Shown here: positions 54,159-61,021 of the stretch, piece by piece
How positions within the stretch are numbered: position 1 is the stretch's first letter
Layout: every line of letters starts with the position of its first letter
Assembly (NCBI GenBank): GCA_028873525.1
Contig: JAGWIM010000002.1
Coordinates: 1 to 61,021 of the forward strand
Direction: 5' to 3'
DNA: 61,021 nucleotides
From: Pseudomonadota bacterium
Lineage (GTDB): Bacteria > Pseudomonadota > Alphaproteobacteria > Rickettsiales > SXRF01
Position numbers and translations under genes: made by a program
Notes under the pieces: generated by a model
Told to the model about the DNA's origin: nothing
The model's database searches: none
What the model saw: the letters and a program-made list of their open reading frames with translations, nothing else

Positions 54159-54286
54159 CCCGCCGCCCCCTGATATTTAACCTCCGGAGCGTTTGCGCGC
54201 CCTCTTGTCACTCCCGCGCAGACATGCCCCCTGCTGCTGGTTGCAGGGGCGACAGGCAATGAATCAACAATGCCCCGATTTCCGGC

Positions 54287-54976
54287 TTATGCCGCCACGT
54301 AGGTCTTTTCGTCCTTGGGCGCGCGCGCCGGGCGGGCCGCATTGCCCTGACCGCTGGCGATCTTGATTTCGCCGGTCAGTTCGCCGCCGCGCTCAATCTC
54401 GATCTCGCCGTAGGAAATTTTGCCGCGCACCTTTCCGGTGGCGTAAATCACCAGGCGGCCGCGCACAACCAGTTCGCCTTCGAACAGGCCGCTGATTTCG
54501 GCGTCCTCGATATGGGCGGCGCCTTTGAACGATCCGGTCTCGGCGATTTCCACCGTGTGCACTTCGTTGAGCGTCGCGTCAACCTTGCCTTCGATGACCA
54601 GCCGGTCGCAGGTGGCGATTTCTCCCTTGAGCAGGATGTCGTTGCCGACGGTCAGCACGCGGCGCGCTGATTTATTGGCCTTGTCGGCGGCGGCATTGGT
54701 GGCCTTGGGTTCCGGCAGGCGCGCGCGCGCGATGTCGGCGCCCATGGGACCGGCAGGGCGGAACGCGCCGCCGCCGGTGCTGTTGCGCGGCTCCGGCAGG
54801 GAGGAGGTGGAGGCGCGGGCCGCAGGCGGAACATGCCCTGCCTGGGCGTTGACGGGCGCCTGCGAGGGCGCAGCGCTGTTGCCGGACGTTGCGGATGCGG
54901 CGGCGGATCCGGCTTCCGGAGCGCCGGGGGTGCCAAACAGGCTGTCTGATTCTGATTCTTCTTTGCGACGGAACAT
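54287..54976 (-). CDS. Bactofilin-family cytoskeletal protein
   Basis: The C-terminal beta-helical repeat region (GEIATCDRLVIEGKVDATL...GKISYGEIEIERGGELTGEI) follows an Ala/Pro-rich disordered N-terminus. Confidence 0.85.
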   Translation of the reverse strand: MFRRKEESESDSLFGTPGAPEAGSAAASATSGNSAAPSQAPVNAQAGHVPPAARASTSSLPEPRNSTGGGAFRPAGPMGADIARARLPEPKATNAAADKANKSARRVLTVGNDILLKGEIATCDRLVIEGKVDATLNEVHTVEIAETGSFKGAAHIEDAEISGLFEGELVVRGRLVIYATGKVRGKISYGEIEIERGGELTGEIKIASGQGNAARPARAPKDEKTYVAA

Positions 54977-55094
54977 AAGCTTTCTCCTAGCGGTGATTGA
55001 TATTGATATAGATGCGGGGGGACGCGGATATTAGCAGCAGTATAGGAACTAATTTTTTTTATGCTACAAGAATTTGCAATCCTGCGTCGCGCGT

Positions 55095-56156
55095 TTACCT
55101 TAATTGTTTTTTCTTGAAAAACACGTCGCTTGCCAGGCGGGTGAACAGCGGGTTGGTCAGGACGGCGTCGAGCAGCCAGTTGGGCGCCAGCGTTTCATAG
55201 GCTGTCCTCAGGATGCGCTTGGCGCGGAAGCGCGGATACACGCGCTGCATGGCCTGCGCCGGGTGCGTGCCGCCGTGATGCAGGTGGGCGGCGATGGCAT
55301 TGCCAAGCGCCGTGCCGTAATGCAGCGCCGTGTGGATGCCGCCGGCGGTCAGCGGCGAAACGATGCCCGCCGCGTCGCCCAACAGGATGACATTGCCGCG
55401 CGCAAAGGGATTCACCAGCCCGCCGACCGGAATTAATCCGCCGCGCCGAGCCAGCACTTTAGCCTGCGAGAAATCGAATACCTGGCCAAGGCGCGCGGTG
55501 AAAACGTCGATGTCGGGCTTGTGCGGCAGGCGGCTGGCCAGCCCCACCTGCGCCACGCCGACGCCGGGAATCGCCCAGCCCAGATAGCCATGCGCCAGCC
55601 GCCGGTCGAGAAAACAGCAGAAGGCGTTGCCGTCGGCGAGCGTCAGCCCTTCGTATTCGGCCTCGGCGCCGAGCAGGAATTGCGTGTTTTTCCCCAGCGC
55701 GAAATCGTCTGCGACCCTGGAGCGCGGGCCGTCGGCGCCGATGAGGAAACGGCAGGAAGACGTTCCGTTGACACGGATGCTTTCTCCCTGCCGCCCGGCT
55801 GATTCATAAGGCGTATCATAAAGAATCTCCGCCCCGGCTTTGGCCGCTTCATCGGAGAGATGGCGCATCAGGGCGGGCGTGTCGGTGGTCAGGAAGAAAT
55901 AATCGGGCGAAGCGAGATCGATGTAACGCAGGGAGGGCGCATACAGCCGCACGTCGGTCACCTTGCGCGTGAGATGCTCCGGGATGGCGAATTCATCGGC
56001 GCATTCCTTGACGATGATGCCGGTGGTGTGCATCCCGACGCCGGGGGCTTTCTTGCGCTCCAGCAGGGTGACGGCGATGCCGCGCTCGGCCAGCGATTTC
56101 GCGCAGGCCAGGCCGGCGAATCCGCCGCCGGCGATGAGGATGTCGGTGTGGTGCAT
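55095..56156 (-). CDS. FAD-dependent oxidoreductase, geranylgeranyl-reductase family
   Basis: DILIAGGGFAGLACA (the GxGxxG FAD-binding motif) and GDAAGIVSPLTAGGI are present. Confidence 0.8.
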   Translation of the reverse strand: MHHTDILIAGGGFAGLACAKSLAERGIAVTLLERKKAPGVGMHTTGIIVKECADEFAIPEHLTRKVTDVRLYAPSLRYIDLASPDYFFLTTDTPALMRHLSDEAAKAGAEILYDTPYESAGRQGESIRVNGTSSCRFLIGADGPRSRVADDFALGKNTQFLLGAEAEYEGLTLADGNAFCCFLDRRLAHGYLGWAIPGVGVAQVGLASRLPHKPDIDVFTARLGQVFDFSQAKVLARRGGLIPVGGLVNPFARGNVILLGDAAGIVSPLTAGGIHTALHYGTALGNAIAAHLHHGGTHPAQAMQRVYPRFRAKRILRTAYETLAPNWLLDAVLTNPLFTRLASDVFFKKKQLR

Positions 56157-56416
56157 GGGGTATTATTATTCTTGAGTTGCCCTGCTCGTTTTTGCCGCAT
56201 TAAATTATAATATATTGTAAAAATAGCAAAAAGATAGACTCACATACAGCATATTTCCCGCTTGCATCCTCGACTGCCATCTAGTAATCCATACCCCCGT
56301 TATAAATAATAACCAGACCCCGCAACCTGGCTACGCCGTCGGCCGTGACAACACGAGATAATGTTGCCACAGGCTTCGCCAAGGCGAGTAAGTGCGGGGT
56401 GACAAAGGAGTCCTTC

Positions 56417-58492
56417 ATGTCCGTTATGACGTTCATCATCGCCTGCGGCGTTATCGCTTTGATTTATGGCCTGTTCGCCGGAAAATCGATTATGGCGGCG
56501 CCGGCCGGTTCGGAAAAAATGGCCAGCATCGCCGCCGCCATCCAGGAAGGCGCGCGCGCGTACCTCAACCGCCAGTACCGCACCATCGCGATAGTCGGCG
56601 TCGTCATCGGCCTGTTTATTTCCATCAAGCTCGGCTGGTTCGTCGGCGTGGGGTATGTCATCGGCGCGACGCTCTCGGGACTCGCCGGTTATATCGGCAT
56701 GAACATCTCGGTGCGCGCCAACGTGCGCACGGCGGAAGCCGCCAAGTCCGGTATGCAGCAGGCGCTTTCCATTGCCTTCAAGTCGGGCGCGGTGACGGGA
56801 ATGCTGGTGGTCGGCCTCGGGTTGCTCGGCATTTCCATTTATTACAGTATCTTGAGCAACATGAACCTTGAAATGCGCCAGATATTAGAGGCGCTGGTGG
56901 CGCTCTCCTTCGGCGCTTCGCTGATTTCCATCTTCGCCCGTTTGGGCGGCGGCATCTTCACCAAGGGCGCTGATGTCGGCGCGGATTTGGTCGGCAAGGT
57001 TGAAGCCGGCATCCCCGAGGATGATCCGCGCAACCCGGCGGTAATTGCTGACAATGTCGGTGACAATGTCGGCGACTGCGCCGGCATGGCCGCCGACTTG
57101 TTCGAGACCTATGTCGTCACCATCGTCGCCACCATGCTGCTGGCCGCCATTTATTTCACCGGCGAGGCGCAATCCGCCATGATGATCTATCCGCTGGCCG
57201 TCGGCGGAAGCTGCATCCTGACGTCGATCGTCGGCACGTTCTTCGTGCGCCTCGGCAAGAATCGCAACATCATGCAGGCGCTCTACAAGGGGCTGATCGC
57301 GGCGGCGCTCCTTTCGGTCGTGGCTATTTACATCGTTACCGACCGCCTGCTCGGCTTCGATACGACCTACAGCATCGGCACGCTCGATTTCACCGGCGTG
57401 AACGTGTTCAAATGCGCGCTTTCCGGCCTTGTCGTCACCGGCGCGCTGGTGTGGATCACCGAGTACTATACTTCCACCTCTTTCCGTCCGGTGCGCTCCA
57501 TCGCCCAGGCGTCGACCACCGGACACGGCACTAACGTGATTCAGGGGCTGGCGGTCTCGATGGAGGCGACGGCGATTCCGGCGCTGGTCATTTGCGTCGG
57601 CATCCTGTTTGCCTTTGCCGAGTGTGGTTTGTTCGGCATCGCCATCGCGGCGACGACCATGCTGGCGCTGGCCGGCATCATCGTTGCGCTCGATGCCTAC
57701 GGCCCGGTGACGGACAATGCCGGCGGCATCGCCGAGATGTCCGGCCTGTCCAGGGACGTGCGCGAGACGACCGATGCGCTCGACGCGGTGGGTAACACCA
57801 CCAAGGCGGTCACCAAAGGCTACGCCATCGGCTCTGCAGCGCTTGCTTCTTTAGTATTATTCGCAGCTTACACCGAAGACTTAAAGCATTACTTCCCCAA
57901 CGTCGATGTGCAGTTCCTGCTGTCCGACCCATATGTCGTCGTCGGCCTGTTCATCGGTGGCTTGCTGCCGTATTTGTTCGGGGCGATGGGCATGAAGGCG
58001 GTGGGACGCGCGGCGGGAGCCGTAGTCGTCGAAGTGCGCCGCCAGTTCAAGGAAATCCCCGGCATCATGGCCGGCACCGCCAAGCCGGATTATGGCCGTG
58101 CCGTGGACATGCTGACCAAGGCCGCCATCCGCGAGATGATTATTCCGAGCTTGCTGCCGGTCGGTATGCCGGTGCTGCTGTTCTTCGTCATCCGCGCCAT
58201 CGGCGGCGAGGCGGAAGGCTTCGCGTCTCTCGGCGCCATGCTGCTGGGCATCATCGTCACCGGACTGTTCGTCGCCATTTCGATGACGGCGGGCGGCGGC
58301 GCGTGGGACAACGCCAAGAAATACATCGAGGAAGGCCATCACGGCGGCAAGGGTTCCGACGCCCATAAGGCCGCCGTTACCGGCGACACCGTCGGCGATC
58401 CTTATAAGGACACCGCGGGACCTGCCGTCAACCCGATGATAAAAATCGCCAACATCGTGGCGATTTTATTGCTGGCGCTGATGGCGGCGTAG
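56417..58492 (+). CDS. hppA: Membrane-bound proton-translocating pyrophosphatase
   Basis: Carries [39 protein letters not shown] and [15 protein letters not shown] chose the start MSVMTF at 56417. Confidence 0.96.
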   Translation: MSVMTFIIACGVIALIYGLFAGKSIMAAPAGSEKMASIAAAIQEGARAYLNRQYRTIAIVGVVIGLFISIKLGWFVGVGYVIGATLSGLAGYIGMNISVRANVRTAEAAKSGMQQALSIAFKSGAVTGMLVVGLGLLGISIYYSILSNMNLEMRQILEALVALSFGASLISIFARLGGGIFTKGADVGADLVGKVEAGIPEDDPRNPAVIADNVGDNVGDCAGMAADLFETYVVTIVATMLLAAIYFTGEAQSAMMIYPLAVGGSCILTSIVGTFFVRLGKNRNIMQALYKGLIAAALLSVVAIYIVTDRLLGFDTTYSIGTLDFTGVNVFKCALSGLVVTGALVWITEYYTSTSFRPVRSIAQASTTGHGTNVIQGLAVSMEATAIPALVICVGILFAFAECGLFGIAIAATTMLALAGIIVALDAYGPVTDNAGGIAEMSGLSRDVRETTDALDAVGNTTKAVTKGYAIGSAALASLVLFAAYTEDLKHYFPNVDVQFLLSDPYVVVGLFIGGLLPYLFGAMGMKAVGRAAGAVVVEVRRQFKEIPGIMAGTAKPDYGRAVDMLTKAAIREMIIPSLLPVGMPVLLFFVIRAIGGEAEGFASLGAMLLGIIVTGLFVAISMTAGGGAWDNAKKYIEEGHHGGKGSDAHKAAVTGDTVGDPYKDTAGPAVNPMIKIANIVAILLLALMAA

Positions 58493-58621
58493 AACTGTTG
58501 AACGTCCGGCGCGGACTTTTCCGGCTATGGGTGATTTTTGCGGTAGTTTTTGCCGTGTTCTCGTTTTGTATATTTTTGATTTAGATGCTGCTCTGGCCAA
58601 GGTGCCGGCTCCCTCGGCGCC

Positions 58622-58894
58622 TTGGCCAGAATTAAAGGCAGAAAGCGCGAACGTGGTATAGAAGAACTTGAACTGTTACTGAATAAATCAACCATTACTG
58701 TCCAGCCATTTCAGTCCAATCACTTGAATATCGCCCGCGAGGCATATACCCGCTACGGCAAAGCCAGCGGCCATCCGGCCAAGCTCAATTTCGGCGATTG
58801 CTTTTCCTATGCTCTGGCGAAACATCGCAACGATATACTGCTTTGCAAAGGCGATGATTTTTCCAGGACGGATATCAAAGTCGTCGCTTATTAA
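58622..58894 (+). pseudogene. vapC: PIN-domain VapC toxin remnant (N-terminus missing)
   Basis: The C-terminal part is typical of VapC: AYTRYGKASGHPAKLNFGDCFSYALAKHRNDILLCKGDDFSRTDI. The N-terminal catalytic Asp region is absent, an in-frame stop lies at 58577, and there is no room for a vapB upstream. Confidence 0.6.
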
Positions 58895-59289
58895 ATGAGA
58901 TACCACCCGTAATGCGTCGCTTCTCCGATAAGGATGAGCGGCAACGCGATGCGCGCCCGCGTGCCAAAAAACCCGGCAGCTAAAGCCAGCAGGTTAAGCA
59001 GCGGCAGCCAGGCGAAGACCAGCAGGAACACGCCGTAACGGTTGAACAGAGATTTAACGATAGGAAACCAGCGCGGCGGCGTTGACGCCACCGGGAACTT
59101 TATTAGCAGCCTGCCCACCCACCAGTTGAACATCTGCCCGATCGTCCCGCCGAACACCGCCAGCGCAAAGGCTGGCCACATGTCGTAACCACCGAAAGAT
59201 TTCATGGCAAAAAACGTCGGGTCGTCGCCCAGCGGGATGATGCTGGCTTTCCAGGCAGTTTCGAGGAGGATATGGAGATATAGGTTCAT
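58891..59289 (-). CDS. YqaA/DedA-related small membrane protein
   Basis: 132 aa with 3-4 TM helices and a YqaA-like sequence pattern. Confidence 0.65.
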   Translation of the reverse strand: MNLYLHILLETAWKASIIPLGDDPTFFAMKSFGGYDMWPAFALAVFGGTIGQMFNWWVGRLLIKFPVASTPPRWFPIVKSLFNRYGVFLLVFAWLPLLNLLALAAGFFGTRARIALPLILIGEATHYGWYLI

Positions 59290-59585
59290 AGCCCCGCGCT
59301 TGTCGCGGGGTCTGGTACAGGTTGCCAGAATAAATCATCCCAGTAAGGATTCATCCGCTCAATAACGTTGATTTTATATTCTCGCTTCCAGCGCTTGATT
59401 AATTGTTCCCGATGCGCTGCCGTTTCGTAGTTTTTATGAATTTCATAATACACCAGCTTATGAATTCCATATTTCCTAGTGAAGCCTTCGTACAACCCAT
59501 ATTTATGTTCTGCATTGCGCCTGGCTAATTTGTCAGTAAGACCTGTGTAAAATCTTTTGTTTCGATCATCAGTCAAGATATACAA
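59286..59585 (-). CDS. GIY-YIG nuclease-family protein (UPF0213-like), possibly N-terminally shortened
   Basis: YILTDDRNKRFYTGLTDKLARRNAEHK...REQLIKRWKREYKINVIE matches the GIY-YIG small-protein family. The gene is AT-rich and starts with TTG directly at the GIY motif. Its 3-prime end contains the hairpin CCCCGCGacaagCGCGGGG. Confidence 0.8.
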   Translation of the reverse strand: MYILTDDRNKRFYTGLTDKLARRNAEHKYGLYEGFTRKYGIHKLVYYEIHKNYETAAHREQLIKRWKREYKINVIERMNPYWDDLFWQPVPDPATSAGL

Positions 59586-59633
59586 TAATACAGTTGCTCT
59601 GACATGCCGGACCCCGCCATTCGGCGGGGCTTA

Positions 59634-60608
59634 TCATCCTTTACGCGCAATGACGAATTGCGCCAGAGCGCGAAGGTTATCGGCCTTTTTGTCGAACACG
59701 TCGAGATGCGAGACGGCCTGTTTGGTGAGCAGTTGCGCATGGTCACGGGCGCGATCGACGCCCATGGCCGACACCAGCGTCGCCTTGCCCTTGATTTTGT
59801 CCTTGCGCGCGGTTTTGCCCATCTGCGTGCGCGTGCCAAGTACGTCAAGCAAATCGTCGGTAATCTGGAACGCCGCGCCCATGTCGTGCGCGTAGGCGCG
59901 CAGGAGCTTTCGCATCATGCCGGGCGCTTTGCCTAAAATCGCCCCGGCCTCGCAGGAAACGGCGAACAGTTCGCCGGTTTTGAGCCGCTGCAGGCGGATG
60001 ATTTCCTCGATGGAGAGTTTCTTGTTTTCCGCTTCCATATCCATCATCTGCCCGCCGACCATGCCCCAGCAGCCTGCTGCCTGCGCCAGTGCGCTGATGA
60101 GTTCGCAGCGTACCATCGGGTCGGCGTGGGTTTTGGCGTTGGAGAGCACCTGGAAGGCATAGGTCAGCAACCCGTCGCCGGCGAGGATGGCGGTGGCTTC
60201 GCCGAATTGCTTGTGGCAGGTCGGCTTGCCGCGCCGCAAATCGTCGTTATCCATCGCCGGAAGGTCGTCATGGATTAGCGAATAGGTATGGATGAATTCG
60301 ATGGCTGCCGCCGCCTCGATGGCCGAGTCATAGGCAACGCCGAACAATCCTGCCGAGCAGACGGTCAGGAACGGGCGCAGCCGCTTGCCGCCCGATAGCG
60401 TCGAGTAACGCATGGCGTCGAGCACGGTTTCTTCGCCGCGCACATGGCTTTTGTCGGGCAGGGTGGCGACTTTGGGCGACAGCGAGATGACGGTATTTTT
60501 TCTGTCGTCATCCGCCGCGCCGCGCAGCAATTGCTCCATGCGCTGAGAGAGCGAATCGGAGACTTGCGTGATGGCGTCCTGGAGATTGTCGGGGAGTTTG
60601 ATGACCAT
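59634..60608 (-). CDS. ispA: Polyprenyl (farnesyl/geranylgeranyl) diphosphate synthase
   Basis: The DDxxD motifs (IHDDLPAMDNDDLRRG and ITDDLLD) are present. It sits downstream of xseB, as is usual. Confidence 0.9.
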   Translation of the reverse strand: MVIKLPDNLQDAITQVSDSLSQRMEQLLRGAADDDRKNTVISLSPKVATLPDKSHVRGEETVLDAMRYSTLSGGKRLRPFLTVCSAGLFGVAYDSAIEAAAAIEFIHTYSLIHDDLPAMDNDDLRRGKPTCHKQFGEATAILAGDGLLTYAFQVLSNAKTHADPMVRCELISALAQAAGCWGMVGGQMMDMEAENKKLSIEEIIRLQRLKTGELFAVSCEAGAILGKAPGMMRKLLRAYAHDMGAAFQITDDLLDVLGTRTQMGKTARKDKIKGKATLVSAMGVDRARDHAQLLTKQAVSHLDVFDKKADNLRALAQFVIARKG

Positions 60609-60613
60609 GAGGG

Positions 60614-60880
60614 TTATTTCGCGTCGAAGGACGTAAGCGTCAGGCCACCGTCCTGCGTTTTCATGATGCTTTCGACCTTGAGCCGCGCCGAGGCCAGCTT
60701 TTCTTCGCAGTATTTTTTCAGCTCGGTGCCGCGCACGTAATCATTGATGGAAGCTTCAAGGTCGCCCTGGCCGGATTCCAGCTTGCGAACGATGGCCTCC
60801 AGGTCTTTCAAGGCCTGCTCGAACGACGCGCCATCAACCGAAGATTTTGTATTTTCAACTGTTTTTGCCATGTTATCCAC
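60614..60880 (-). CDS. xseB: Exodeoxyribonuclease VII small subunit
   Basis: SFEQALKDLEAIVRKLESGQGDLEASINDYVRGTELKKYCEEKL is the canonical XseB pattern. An alternative start is at 60871. Confidence 0.9.
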   Translation of the reverse strand: MDNMAKTVENTKSSVDGASFEQALKDLEAIVRKLESGQGDLEASINDYVRGTELKKYCEEKLASARLKVESIMKTQDGGLTLTSFDAK

Positions 60881-61021
60881 AATTCAGGTTCGGAAGCGCC
60901 TATCTTATGTAAAATGCGGGCAGGGGGCAAGAAAGAATTGCTCAGGCATATCCATCCCTGAATGATTTTTTATAAAATTATCTTAACATTTTTTTTGAGC
61001 GTTCGAGCAACCCTAAAATCT

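Overview
This 61-kb, roughly 60% GC window is alphaproteobacterial chromosome, judged from the 16S sequence, a class I LysRS, and the recA-alaS, dapF-mtaB-ftsY, tlpA/argH-lysA and xseB-ispA synteny. Most of it is housekeeping backbone: alaS, recA, dapF, mtaB, ftsY, gltA, slt, a dsbD-like gene, rph-rdgB, plsC, ftsX, lysK, argH, lysA, hpt, ftsE, sdhCDAB, thrB, rnhA, hppA, ispA and xseB. There is also a translationally coupled Cus-like heavy-metal RND efflux operon with three extra small Cys/Met-rich proteins.

Five things stand out:
1. A 1,657-aa cytoplasmic fusion protein (34916-39889) combines a sulfotransferase-like domain, three tandem GlcNAc-transferase-like modules, a redoxin-like domain and a prolyl-4-hydroxylase-like 2OG-Fe(II) oxygenase. 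It is divergently paired with a second sulfotransferase. I read this as a candidate hydroxylation-glycosylation-sulfation machine resembling the eukaryotic Skp1 hydroxyproline-glycosylation logic.
2. A stand-alone 16S rRNA gene has no ITS tRNAs and no 23S. It is followed by a low-GC array of small cassette-like units (a DUF2283 pair, a PD-(D/E)xK-like orphan, brnTA, and gene remnants). The units are bracketed by direct repeats, one of which is a perfect 39-bp duplication of the 16S 3-prime end.
3. Paralogous MntA/HepT toxin-antitoxin pairs sit precisely inside essential gene contexts. One lies between recA and alaS with its stop overlapping the alaS start. The other lies between sdhA and sdhB, and its HepT is frameshifted.
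4. ftsX and ftsE lie 19.8 kb apart and head-to-head, which fits one inversion of 28.0-48.5 kb.
5. GC-rich REP-like hairpins occur between genes and in-frame within genes.

I found no CRISPR array, integrase, transposase or tRNA. All family assignments come from motif recognition by eye; no searches were run.
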